Assembly (NCBI GenBank): GCA_009995545.1
Contig: JAACPI010000002.1
Coordinates: 2,965-66,964 of the forward strand
Direction of reading: 5' to 3'
Length of the DNA stretch: 64,000 nucleotides
Source: a bacterium
GTDB lineage: Bacteria > Patescibacteriota > WWE3 > 2-01-FULL-39-13 > JAACPI01
Shown: in pieces, positions 47,134 through 56,742 of the stretch
Layout: each line of letters begins with the position of its first letter
Position numbering within the stretch: the first letter of the stretch is position 1
Made by a program: the position numbers and the translations under genes
Notes under the pieces: generated by a model
What the model was told of the DNA's origin: nothing
Seen by the model: only the letters and a program-made list of their open reading frames with translations
The model's database searches: none

Positions 47134-47751
47134 CTAAATTCTAGTAACAATTACTTCACCTGTGTAAGAACCAGCTTCTTGGTTAGGATCTACAATAAGA
47201 TCGAAACCCATATCTAGTTGGTAATTACCTTGTCCATATCCAGAACTTGCAACCATAACGGAGAAAGCGTCAGAGACTCCATCCCCAACTGTAGTAGCGT
47301 CAGTAATCACAGAACCTGTTCCAGCGGAAACATTAGTAATGTCTGTACCTGTAGCAGGAGTTACTGTACTAAAGTTATTAGAGAAATTAGTAACAGGTAT
47401 AATAATTCCCGTAGGGGAACCGGCAACCTGTTGCGCTAATTCCGAAATAGTAGCTGTAACACTCCAACCTGCTGGTGTATTAGCACCACGTGCATCATCC
47501 ACCTCAACTAAGATATCGCTAGTGTCATTACCTGCAGACAAACCAGTGTAGGTTTGTTGTTGGATTGTTGACACAGTAATAGCATGTAACCCCGCCGTAG
47601 GATCTACAGTAAGAGTAAAATTACCCTGATTAATGGTTAACGAAAGGTTAGTGGAATCTACAGTAACATCTGCTGCGTAAGCAGGTATTGCAACTATAAG
47701 TGTAAGAACTAGAGATAACACAATAGCCATAGATGTTTTTTTATAGGCCAT
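47134..47751 (-). CDS. secreted WxL-domain-like surface protein (small), paralog of 42203..42814
   Basis: Signal peptide IVAIPAYA; AGWSVTATISEL and C-terminal AGSYTGEVIVTRI resemble WxL blocks; ATG at 47751 preceded by SD AAAGGAGGTGAT. Confidence 0.5.
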   Translation of the reverse strand: MAYKKTSMAIVLSLVLTLIVAIPAYAADVTVDSTNLSLTINQGNFTLTVDPTAGLHAITVSTIQQQTYTGLSAGNDTSDILVEVDDARGANTPAGWSVTATISELAQQVAGSPTGIIIPVTNFSNNFSTVTPATGTDITNVSAGTGSVITDATTVGDGVSDAFSVMVASSGYGQGNYQLDMGFDLIVDPNQEAGSYTGEVIVTRI

Positions 47752-48127
47752 GTATATCACCTCCTTTGGGCAGAAGTTTGTAAAGCATTACCTATATTAG
47801 AATACAGAGCATACTAAACTGTCAAGGTAGTCAATGACACAATTTTTATAAAAGGCCTTCACACATAGACGTAATATGACTCTAACAATATTGTACCTGT
47901 ATATTTTATATGTAGTAAATACTGACTCAAACAACATGCCCTTATGTCTTTCATATACAAATAATACTTATACATTAAGTATCTATAAAATATCTAATAT
48001 GACTCATTTAATTTTATCTACTATAACTATAGGTAATAATTAAAAAAGAGTCTTTTTAAGCGCTCAAGTAATTTAACACAGAATCATTACATTGCGAAGT
48101 TTGAGATTGTAAATCATAATAATATTA

Positions 48128-49375
48128 ATGAACCTTGCTCTTAAAAATGGAGATTTATGCCAAATCCCAAATAAATTAAATGAGTACGTTGAGAATATTT
48201 TTGAAATAGCTAAAGGCAATAATTTCCTATCTGAGGAATCATCGATAAATCTTTCTACCAACTCGCCCTATTTAAAAGAGGTCGTTGAATGTATAGGTAA
48301 ATTTAAAGGTAAAAAATACGACTACATAGTAGTAATTGGAATAGGTGGATCTAATTTAGGAACAAAGGCAATTTATGATGCAATCTTTGGACATTTTGAT
48401 TTAATAGAACCGGAAAGATTTCCTAAAATAATATTTTTAGACACCACTAACGGTAACTATATCCACAAGTTAATCTCCCTTTTAAAATTTAATAAAAATG
48501 TTTTTGTTAACTTGGTAACCAAATCTGGATCCACTACAGAATCTATAGTGAATTTTGAGGTATTAATGGCTAAATGCCCCTCAATTAGAAACGATTTAGT
48601 GGTAACTACCTCGAAAGACAATAATTTATGGGAAAGTTGTCAGAGTAAAAACATCGATTTATTAAGTATACCTAGCAAGGACGGAGGTAGATACTCAGTT
48701 TTTAGCGGCGTAGGATTACTTCCTTTAAGCTTAGCGGGTATCAGTGTTAAAGAACTACTAGGAGGAGCTAGGGAGGCCTTAAAAAAGAGCATAGACCCCT
48801 CCGCCACTAACCCTGCTGTTCAGTCTGCACTTTATATCTATAGAAACTACACTGCAGGTAAAAATATTTACAATCATTTTTACTTTAATCCAGAGTTGGA
48901 ATCATTAGGTAAGTGGCAAATACAGCTACTGGCAGAAAGCCTAGGAAAAGAGGGTAAGGGGTTTACCCCGACAATCTCTATAGGAACAACGGATCTGCAT
49001 TCAGTAATGCAGTTATATGTAGGGGGAGCAAAAGACAAATTCTTTACCTTGGTTTCTACCAAAAATACCAAAAACGATATTACAATTGAAACCCCATTTA
49101 CTATAGATAAAAGTTTTACTGGTCAATTGGAAGGCAAGACTATCGATGAAGTAACTAAAATAATTTTAGAAGGAGTTAAGCAGACTTTCGTGAAAAAACT
49201 ACTACCATTCAACGAGATTATTTTAAATGAAATATCTGAGCGATCTTTAGGAGAGTATATGCAATTTAAAATGCTAGAAACAATGTACCTTGGAAATTTA
49301 ATGAATGTAAATGCCTTTGATCAACCAGACGTGGAAGGTTACAAATCAGAAACCCGGCATTTATTGGAAGGATAA
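48128..49375 (+). CDS. pgi: glucose-6-phosphate isomerase (short bacterial/archaeal type)
   Basis: VVIGIGGSNLGTKAIYDA signature, SKSGSTTE, conserved C-terminal catalytic region. Confidence 0.75.
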   Translation: MNLALKNGDLCQIPNKLNEYVENIFEIAKGNNFLSEESSINLSTNSPYLKEVVECIGKFKGKKYDYIVVIGIGGSNLGTKAIYDAIFGHFDLIEPERFPKIIFLDTTNGNYIHKLISLLKFNKNVFVNLVTKSGSTTESIVNFEVLMAKCPSIRNDLVVTTSKDNNLWESCQSKNIDLLSIPSKDGGRYSVFSGVGLLPLSLAGISVKELLGGAREALKKSIDPSATNPAVQSALYIYRNYTAGKNIYNHFYFNPELESLGKWQIQLLAESLGKEGKGFTPTISIGTTDLHSVMQLYVGGAKDKFFTLVSTKNTKNDITIETPFTIDKSFTGQLEGKTIDEVTKIILEGVKQTFVKKLLPFNEIILNEISERSLGEYMQFKMLETMYLGNLMNVNAFDQPDVEGYKSETRHLLEG

Positions 49376-49380
49376 AAACT

Positions 49381-50895
49381 TTAAAAAATAGCGCTAGAAA
49401 GACTTTTTAAAACTTCCGCTTTTCCAAGCAGGTATAAAGACTCAAACAACGGTGGGCTTATTTTACTTTTAGCTACAGCGACTCTAATAGGGTAAAAAAC
49501 ATCCCCAACGCTCCAACCTAAATCAGTGGCTTTTAAAACTAAATCTTTTTCTAAAGCTTTTAGATTATCAATTGTCCAATCAGTATTTTCAAACAAACTT
49601 TTAACCCAGATAAGATGGCTATTAACATCTTCTTTAGATTTTTTGTTATATAGTAACTCAAAATCTAATTTAGTCTCTTTAATTAAAAAATCGTTTAAGG
49701 GCAAAATATCTTCAAATTTTTTAATTCTCTCTTTATTTATGTTAATCCAAAGTATCTTTTTTTCTTCACTTAAACTAGATATAAAATTCTTTAATAAAAC
49801 ATAATCATCGGATTTCCAATAGGTTGAGTACTCTGAAACTCCCGAGTATTTAGAATCAATACAGTAATCTAGCCAATCAGTTATTTTTTTAAGTAATTCT
49901 TTATCGGTAAGCTTTCGTATATATTCACCGTTCATCCAGATTAGTTTTGTAAGATCAAAACGTGGGCTTGCGGCTGATAAATCTTTTAATTCAAAAAATT
50001 TAGTAAACTCCACAAAATCAAAAAATTCTTTTCCCTCGGGATGACTCCAACCCAATAAGGAAATAAAATTTAAAATTGCTTCAGGAAGGTATCCACCCCT
50101 TTTGTACCAATCAACACCCGCGTGTCCGTCTCGTTTACTAAGCTTTTTACCATTGTGCATATTGATAATTGCCGGGGTGTGAACTAGTATAGGCATTTTC
50201 CAACCAAACATGTCATACAAAACTTTATGTTTAGGCGCACTGCTAATCCATTCTTGAGCACGTATTATATGAGTTATCTCCATTAAATGGTCATCTACTA
50301 CTACAGCCAAATGGTAAGTTGGAAAACCATCTGCCTTTAAAATTACTTGATCATCAATTGTATTCGAGTCAAATTCTATCTCTCCTCTTACTACCTCATT
50401 GATAGTTATTTTTTTATTTTTAGGCATCTTCATTCTTACCACATAAGATTCACCCGCTAAAACTCTGCTTTTAGCCTCTTTAGGATCCAAGTTTCTACAG
50501 TGACCGTCGTACATAGGAATTCTCTTTTCTTTCGTGGCTATTTCACGCACACTTTCTAACCTTTCTTTTGTGCAAAAGCAGTAATAGGCATCTCCTTGAG
50601 CAATTAATTGATCTACATATTTTTTATAGATCTCTAGCCTCTCAGATTGTCTGTAGGGACCGTACTCTCCACCTAAGGTTACACCTTCTTCAGGTCGCAG
50701 TCCAAACCACTCAAGGGCCTCTAACACGGCTTCCTCAGCGCCTTTTACATATCGAGCTCTATCCGTATCTTCAGACCTAAAAATAAAACTCCCTTTATGT
50801 TTTAAAGCCCAGGCTTTATCAAAAAGCACCTGATAAATTGTACCTAAATGTATAAAACCGGTGGGACTGGGAGCTACTCTTGTTCTTACAGTCAT
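49381..50895 (-). CDS. gltX: glutamate--tRNA ligase
   Basis: RVAPSPTGFIHLG (HIGH-class), KLSKR (KMSKS); start set at MTVRTRV; TGtTATAAT lies 3 nt upstream of that ATG. Confidence 0.9.
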   Translation of the reverse strand: MTVRTRVAPSPTGFIHLGTIYQVLFDKAWALKHKGSFIFRSEDTDRARYVKGAEEAVLEALEWFGLRPEEGVTLGGEYGPYRQSERLEIYKKYVDQLIAQGDAYYCFCTKERLESVREIATKEKRIPMYDGHCRNLDPKEAKSRVLAGESYVVRMKMPKNKKITINEVVRGEIEFDSNTIDDQVILKADGFPTYHLAVVVDDHLMEITHIIRAQEWISSAPKHKVLYDMFGWKMPILVHTPAIINMHNGKKLSKRDGHAGVDWYKRGGYLPEAILNFISLLGWSHPEGKEFFDFVEFTKFFELKDLSAASPRFDLTKLIWMNGEYIRKLTDKELLKKITDWLDYCIDSKYSGVSEYSTYWKSDDYVLLKNFISSLSEEKKILWININKERIKKFEDILPLNDFLIKETKLDFELLYNKKSKEDVNSHLIWVKSLFENTDWTIDNLKALEKDLVLKATDLGWSVGDVFYPIRVAVAKSKISPPLFESLYLLGKAEVLKSLSSAIF

Positions 50896-51011
50896 AATGT
50901 GGCAATTATAACATGTCCCCATCGACAAGGTTAAAGAACAAGAGATAGTTACTTAAACTAAAGCAGCTCTTTGTTTTTAAGACTCTATAGATGATAGAAT
51001 AGGGTTATAAT

Positions 51012-52187
51012 ATGACTCTTAACGAAGCTGCCAAATACACCAAAAGGATTCTAGCCTACCTTCTTATATTTATGGTTTTCTACATTTTTGCAGAAAATAT
51101 GTATAAATTTTTTATGGTTGTGTATAACAAGTCATTTCCCATACCAGAAAACCCCCCTGCAATTTCTTTTGGAAAATTACCACAACCAAAAATTACTACA
51201 CTACCTGTAGAAATTAAACTGGTAAATTTTAGGAAAGAATTAACTACTGCAGGGTTCCCGGAGACTCCAAAATATATTTATGTATACCAACTTAAAAAAC
51301 CTTATGTATCCGTGGCTAAAGAGGAGAGATTTAAAACATTAGCCCAAAGTCTTGGGTTTTTTCAAGTGGCTAAAAAAGTTACAGACACTAAAAGACTCTG
51401 GGAAAACGTATCGTTAAAACAGTCTTTTAGTGCGGAAGTTTTTGAGGAAAAATATAGTTTAGAGTCAGACTATAAATTTTTAGAAACGAAGTTTAAGCCA
51501 GGGTTATCTCCATCGAAACAGGAGGCAATAGCTACAGCCAGAAACTTCTTTGTTAAAACGGGGGACTATGAGGAAGACATTAAACTAGCGGGGTACGACA
51601 CCGTAGGGGTCACAATTTCAGAAGGTGTAATTAAACAGGCGGATACACCGTACAGGGAAATATTTAAGCTCGTTTCTATTTACCCAGAAAAAGTTGCTTA
51701 CAAAAGTAGCCAGACTGACGAAAAAGGAAAAACGGTAGAAGTAGGGAATAAAATTCCAGTATTTTTTACGAACCCATTAAAATCTAATCTAAACGCCTTA
51801 GTTGCACCCAAGACAAGCTCTTCAGATGATAAATCGGTGGTAGCCGCCCAGTATAATTATTATGAAACTAACGAATCAAAAAGTTATTACCCCATAATCA
51901 GTGCGGAGCAGGCATGGGAACAACTTTTACAAGGCAACGCAAGTATGGTTATGTTAAAGAGAGACGGGGCAGATTATTTTACTAATTCAGATGTTTTGTC
52001 AGATATAGAAACAATTGATATCAGAGAAATGATTTTAGGTTATTATATGCCCACAAATTACTCGGAATACCTACAGCCAATCTATATCTTTAAGGGAAAA
52101 TTTAACACAAGGAATAGAGAGAGTGGCTCAGTATTCTTTTACCTCCCAGCACTTAGCCCACAAGTCTTAATCATTAATCAAGATTGA
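51012..52187 (+). CDS. hypothetical membrane-anchored protein
   Basis: N-terminal TM helix, no motifs recognised. Confidence 0.4.
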   Translation: MTLNEAAKYTKRILAYLLIFMVFYIFAENMYKFFMVVYNKSFPIPENPPAISFGKLPQPKITTLPVEIKLVNFRKELTTAGFPETPKYIYVYQLKKPYVSVAKEERFKTLAQSLGFFQVAKKVTDTKRLWENVSLKQSFSAEVFEEKYSLESDYKFLETKFKPGLSPSKQEAIATARNFFVKTGDYEEDIKLAGYDTVGVTISEGVIKQADTPYREIFKLVSIYPEKVAYKSSQTDEKGKTVEVGNKIPVFFTNPLKSNLNALVAPKTSSSDDKSVVAAQYNYYETNESKSYYPIISAEQAWEQLLQGNASMVMLKRDGADYFTNSDVLSDIETIDIREMILGYYMPTNYSEYLQPIYIFKGKFNTRNRESGSVFFYLPALSPQVLIINQD

Positions 52188-52481
52188 AAGAATCTCTTCT
52201 TCAATTTCCGCAAACTTTTCTTTAAAAGGAACGCTAGATACCTTAGTTGAAATAAAATCAAATACTTCATTAGAATTTTTGTGCCTATGGACAATAGATA
52301 AAAAATACACTTTATCGGATTTGGAATCCAAATGTTCTAAATAGTTTTCAACCAATCTTATTAGAATGAGGTGTTTTGTGTGATTATAAAGATCCTGCAT
52401 CTCCTCATTACTAAGGTTATTAGTGGATAAGAATAATTCTATTTTTTTAGGTGTAAACTCTGGCTCGTAGAAGAAGGTCAT
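52167..52481 (-). CDS. hypothetical small protein
   Basis: 104-aa ORF coupled (4-nt overlap) to upstream gene; no motif. Confidence 0.35.
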   Translation of the reverse strand: MTFFYEPEFTPKKIELFLSTNNLSNEEMQDLYNHTKHLILIRLVENYLEHLDSKSDKVYFLSIVHRHKNSNEVFDFISTKVSSVPFKEKFAEIEEEILSILIND

Positions 52482-53332
52482 AATATAGAGGTAATTAAAT
52501 TAGAACTATCTTTATTACTTATGGGTCCTAAAGGAACATCATCATATTCAGATCCGTCTAAAAATAATACTAATGCCTTACTTTTTTGACTACCATCTAC
52601 CATGTTTAAATAGGCCATTAATTCTGGGCTGCCTCCAAATTGCTTACCAGTCCATTTAGCAGGCCCCGCGTCCCCTATTGTTGCTATTACTGCCTTATTG
52701 TTAACCGGGTTATAGACTAATACTTTACGAAAACGATAAAAAGGTTTTAATGTTGACCAGTTATCGTTCCAATCGGGTATTAGATGTAATTGGGTTGCGA
52801 TGTAGTATTTTTCCTGTTCGGCGTTGTCAAAGTAACCAAATGCCCCTTTACCAGGTGCCATACCGTGGTCAGTCTCCTGAATATGGGAGGATAAATTATC
52901 ACCTGGCCACCGATACAAATGTTGCTCTTGTCCAAAGTAACCCCAGTTAGTGTTTAGCCTTTTATTATCTAGATTATGGGTAAAGGTTAAACCATAAGCC
53001 TTAGAAAGGTTAAATGAAAGTTCTTTTAGGGTTTCTTCAGAAAGATCTGCTTCTGAATTTAAAAGTTTATCCTGAGCATTTTTTAAGTCATTCTGAGAAG
53101 TTTTCTGGTTCTCCTGGACCATAACAATCTCTTTACCTAGATTGTTACCGGAGCTAGCCGCACCCCCCAATCCTCCCGAAACCATTAGAGCTCCACCTAT
53201 AGTTACTAAAGAATTATTTTTTACGGAATCTATAACTACTGGATAAGACTTTTTAAGTCTTTTTATGGCCTTTTGGTGATGTTTGCGTAGTTTACTTTTA
53301 TATTGGTGGTAAGGTGACTTTTTATTCTTCAT
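52478..53332 (-). CDS. RlpA-like double-psi beta-barrel (DPBB) domain protein, membrane anchored
   Basis: C-terminal VLVYNPVNNKAVIATIGDAGPA ... SPELMAYL resembles RlpA/3D-domain core; basic N-terminus + TM. Confidence 0.45.
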   Translation of the reverse strand: MKNKKSPYHQYKSKLRKHHQKAIKRLKKSYPVVIDSVKNNSLVTIGGALMVSGGLGGAASSGNNLGKEIVMVQENQKTSQNDLKNAQDKLLNSEADLSEETLKELSFNLSKAYGLTFTHNLDNKRLNTNWGYFGQEQHLYRWPGDNLSSHIQETDHGMAPGKGAFGYFDNAEQEKYYIATQLHLIPDWNDNWSTLKPFYRFRKVLVYNPVNNKAVIATIGDAGPAKWTGKQFGGSPELMAYLNMVDGSQKSKALVLFLDGSEYDDVPLGPISNKDSSNLITSIL

Positions 53333-53355
53333 AGTTATTGTAAAGGAATACTAGA

Positions 53356-54402
53356 CTACCTAGAAAACCCTGTTGAAGTAACTTTTTGAGTTTGTAGATA
53401 GTTAATATTTAGTGTTACTGGTTTTTTTAGTTGAGCTGAGTAGATTTCAGTCAATCTCTCTACTAACTTTGGATCAAGATCACTGTCTTTTCGAAGGGTA
53501 TATTCTATTACAGCCGTTAAACTAGAATCGTAGATAGATAAATCAGATATTTTTGAATTAGGGAAAACATCTAAAGTAGTTTGCAATACGTAATTTCTTA
53601 CCTGTTGCTCCTTTATAAGAGATTTGGTAAGTGCGACTAAGGGTAGAGATATAAAAATGAGAAGAGTAAAACTCCACGCAAGATAGTTTTTTCTAATATT
53701 TTTAGTTTTATCAGAACTAACACTTGTGTAATAGCCCTCTAAAGTATAGACAGCGACAGAAGAAACTATAATAGCCAATAGGTTAGCTACATAAAGCAAA
53801 AAGGCCCCAATACTTTGCTCGTAACTTTGTGCTGCTAAAGTTAAACCTGCCACACAAAGAGGAGGAACCAGCGCTACCGAAATTGCTACCCCTCCGATTG
53901 TTGACGATATTTTTTTTGAAGAGGCCGAGTATGCACCTATGAACCCTGCACAAATACCTATAATAAGCTCTATTAAGGTTGGCTCTGTTCTGGCCAAAAC
54001 TTCATCTGAATAAATATTTAAAGGGGAAATAAATCCCACTAGCACTGCAACAAATAAAACTAGTAAAGAACCTTTAAGTATCAACAAAAAAGATTTTTGA
54101 ATAGCCATAACTCTACCTCTTGTTACGGAAAGGGAGAAGGCTAAAATTGGCCAAAGAAGGGGGGAAATTAACATCCCACCAATTACTACAGCACCACTGT
54201 TTATAATTAACCCTAAAGTTATAACAACGGAACCTAGACTAATTAAAAGGTAAAAGGGAAAAGTATCTTCAGAATTACTTAATATCTGGGTATATATAGC
54301 TTCTCTTTCCTTAGGAGTTAATCTAAAAAGTTTTTTAAAACTAGCTTTTAAAAACCCCATTCGCTCGACAGAAATATCAACCTTACTTTGTGATTTAGAC
54401 AT
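53356..54402 (-). CDS. integral membrane protein (DUF389-like, tentative)
   Basis: 6-7 TM helices followed by soluble C-terminal domain; no catalytic motif. Confidence 0.4.
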   Translation of the reverse strand: MSKSQSKVDISVERMGFLKASFKKLFRLTPKEREAIYTQILSNSEDTFPFYLLISLGSVVITLGLIINSGAVVIGGMLISPLLWPILAFSLSVTRGRVMAIQKSFLLILKGSLLVLFVAVLVGFISPLNIYSDEVLARTEPTLIELIIGICAGFIGAYSASSKKISSTIGGVAISVALVPPLCVAGLTLAAQSYEQSIGAFLLYVANLLAIIVSSVAVYTLEGYYTSVSSDKTKNIRKNYLAWSFTLLIFISLPLVALTKSLIKEQQVRNYVLQTTLDVFPNSKISDLSIYDSSLTAVIEYTLRKDSDLDPKLVERLTEIYSAQLKKPVTLNINYLQTQKVTSTGFSR

Positions 54403-54407
54403 TAGTT

Positions 54408-54440
54408 ATATTCTAAAAGAATATAACTATAAATAGAAGC
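54408..54440. repeat. AT-only inverted repeat between rpsI and downstream membrane-protein gene
   Basis: agttatattct-aaaag-aatataact palindrome; no GC pairs, no T-tract; possible weak attenuator. Confidence 0.25.
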
Positions 54441-54443
54441 AGA

Positions 54444-54869
54444 TTACCTCTTTGAATACTGTACTTTCTTTCGAGCTTTAGGTTGTGAAGTCTTTTTTCT
54501 TTCTACTTCCCTAGGGTCTCTAGTTGTAAGACCGGCTTTCTTTAGAGAATCTTTATTAGCTGGGTCAAGTTTAATTAAAGCCCTAGTAATACCTAATTGA
54601 ATAGCCTGTAATTGACCTTTAATACCCCCGCCTTGAACTAAAATTGTAGCGCTAAATTTTGATTTAGGATGAGATACCCCTACAGTATGAAAGGGTTTTA
54701 CCCAAGCTATATCATCTTCTGTAGAAGGATATATTTCCTCGATATTCTTAGAGTTAACTATAAATTCACCCTTTTTTTCATATAGCCATACTCTAGCAAC
54801 AGATCTCTTTCTTCTACCAAGACCTGAGTAGAAAGTAGGTTTTTTTGCAGTTTTCTTTTTTGTTTCCAT
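54444..54869 (-). CDS. rpsI: 30S ribosomal protein S9
   Basis: GGGIKGQLQAIQLGITRAL ... RDPREVERKK ... YSKR. Confidence 0.95.
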   Translation of the reverse strand: METKKKTAKKPTFYSGLGRRKRSVARVWLYEKKGEFIVNSKNIEEIYPSTEDDIAWVKPFHTVGVSHPKSKFSATILVQGGGIKGQLQAIQLGITRALIKLDPANKDSLKKAGLTTRDPREVERKKTSQPKARKKVQYSKR

Positions 54870-54871
54870 AG

Positions 54872-55291
54872 TTATTTTGCGTTTATTTGACCCTGGTGAG
54901 GGTGTTCAGACCCTTCATAAATATATAAATTAGCCATTCTTATTTTAGCTAGACGGTTACTTGGAAGCATTCCGCTAACAGCTGTTTGAATTATAAAGTT
55001 AGGGTTCATATTTAAATAATACTCAGCATTTCTCTCTTTTAACCCACCAGCATATCCAGAATGTCGGTAATACATTTTATCAGTAACCTTTTTACCAGTA
55101 AGCACTAATTTCTTTGAATTTATAATAACTACTTTATCCCCTGTATTAAGAGTTGGGGAGTAATTAACTTTATGTTTACCAAGAAGTATTGAGGCCGCTT
55201 CCGTAGCTATTCTGCCGACACTTTTTGTACTGGCGTCCAATAAATACCAGTTATAATTTAAATCTTGTTTTTTTGTTTCTGTAGTTTTCAT
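54872..55291 (-). CDS. rplM: 50S ribosomal protein L13
   Basis: WYLLDASTKSVGRIATEAASILLGKHK. Confidence 0.95.
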   Translation of the reverse strand: MKTTETKKQDLNYNWYLLDASTKSVGRIATEAASILLGKHKVNYSPTLNTGDKVVIINSKKLVLTGKKVTDKMYYRHSGYAGGLKERNAEYYLNMNPNFIIQTAVSGMLPSNRLAKIRMANLYIYEGSEHPHQGQINAK

Positions 55292-55770
55292 TTTGTAGCC
55301 TTTTTAGTAACAACTTTCTTTTTTGAAACCTCTACTTTTTTACTTTTTTCTACTACTTTAGTTTTCTTATCAGAGTCTTTATTGTCAGTTTCCTTTTCTT
55401 TTACCAAGGCAACCTTAACCCAAGAAATCCTAGCCATAGTAGATTTATCTCCATCTCTCTTGTTTGCCTTCTGTATTGATAAAAACCCTCCGGGCCTCTT
55501 TTGATATCTTTTAGCGATATCACTGACTAATTTTTCTACTAATACACCGTCGTTATTGAGTCTTGAGAGCAAAATACGATTATTAGACAAACTTTCCTTC
55601 CTTTTAGCCCTTGTTACAAGCTTTTCTATAAAGGGTTTAACATACTTTGCTTTAGCCACAGTAGTATTTATTCCACCATTCTCTATTAGAGATTTGCATA
55701 AATTAAAGACTAAAGCTTTTCTATGTGCAGCATCTCTACCTAATTTTTTAGTTGTTACCCTATGTCGCAT
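55288..55770 (-). CDS. rplQ: 50S ribosomal protein L17 (with Lys-rich C-terminal extension)
   Basis: MRHRVTTKKLGRDAAHRKAL. Confidence 0.93.
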   Translation of the reverse strand: MRHRVTTKKLGRDAAHRKALVFNLCKSLIENGGINTTVAKAKYVKPFIEKLVTRAKRKESLSNNRILLSRLNNDGVLVEKLVSDIAKRYQKRPGGFLSIQKANKRDGDKSTMARISWVKVALVKEKETDNKDSDKKTKVVEKSKKVEVSKKKVVTKKATK

Positions 55771-55773
55771 TTT

Positions 55774-56721
55774 TTATTCAGTTAAACCTTCTTTTTTTAA
55801 TAATTTTTTAATCTCTTGAATAGATTTTTCACCTAGGTTTCTTACACTTAATAAACGATCCTCGTCCATTACGGCTAAGTCCTTTAAAGTATTTATGCTA
55901 TGTTTTTTCAGAGCATTAATGGTTCTAGTAGGTAGATTCAACTCCTCTATTAATATTTCTCCAGCCTTTTCAGTTCTAGCATCTTCTACACTTACCTCTT
56001 GCACAATTACTTCTTCTTCCTCTATTACTACTCTGGCACCGCTAGCTAATTCTGCGAAAAAGTCTCTTAACATCCCTGCACCTTGTTTTATAGCTTCAAA
56101 AGGGGCCAATGTACCGTCTGTTTCGACTTCTAACTCGATTCTATCTAATTCGGTTTCTTTTCCCATTCTAGCTGCAGTTACCGCGTAGTTAGCAAAAATT
56201 ACGGGTGAAAATATTCTGTCTAAAACCATAACACCGACTTCTTTGTTTTCTTGCTCAGCCTCTTCCCCTGCAACATAACCATAACCATTTTTAGCATATA
56301 TATCTGCTTCAAAAGTAGTTTTGGCATCCGTAATAGTACAAATAACCAAGTCAGGATTGGAAATAGTAACTCCAGAAGGTAATTTTATATCAGAAGCTTT
56401 AACCTCTCCTACTCCTTTTTTAGATAAAACAAGTTTAACCTCATCAAAATCTTCACCGGCTATAGCAATCTTTAAGTCCTTTATTTTAAGTAAAGTGTTA
56501 AAAACGTCTTCTTTTACACCTTTAAGGGTGGAAAATTCGTGAGAAGCTCCAGAAATTTTAACTCTGGTTGGGGCTGCTCCTCTAATAGAGGAAAGTAATA
56601 TTCTTCTTAGAGAATTACCCATAGTACTTCCGTAACCTTTTGGTAAAGGACTTATAACATAAGATCCGTGAGTCGCTGTCTCTTTCTTTTTTTCGATTTT
56701 TATTTTACTTGGTGCGAACAT
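55774..56721 (-). CDS. rpoA: DNA-directed RNA polymerase subunit alpha
   Basis: N-terminal domain GYGSTMGNSLRRILLSS; C-terminal domain NLPTRTINALKKHSINTL. Confidence 0.95.
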   Translation of the reverse strand: MFAPSKIKIEKKKETATHGSYVISPLPKGYGSTMGNSLRRILLSSIRGAAPTRVKISGASHEFSTLKGVKEDVFNTLLKIKDLKIAIAGEDFDEVKLVLSKKGVGEVKASDIKLPSGVTISNPDLVICTITDAKTTFEADIYAKNGYGYVAGEEAEQENKEVGVMVLDRIFSPVIFANYAVTAARMGKETELDRIELEVETDGTLAPFEAIKQGAGMLRDFFAELASGARVVIEEEEVIVQEVSVEDARTEKAGEILIEELNLPTRTINALKKHSINTLKDLAVMDEDRLLSVRNLGEKSIQEIKKLLKKEGLTE

Positions 56722-56742
56722 ATAAAAATATAAATTTGTTAA

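Noticed and set aside
47218-47551. 73-aa and 70-aa plus-strand ORFs
   Set aside because: Antisense within the WxL-like gene 47134..47751.
54408-54440. Terminator after rpsI
   Set aside because: The palindrome is AT-only with no T-tract, so it is kept only as a low-confidence inverted repeat.
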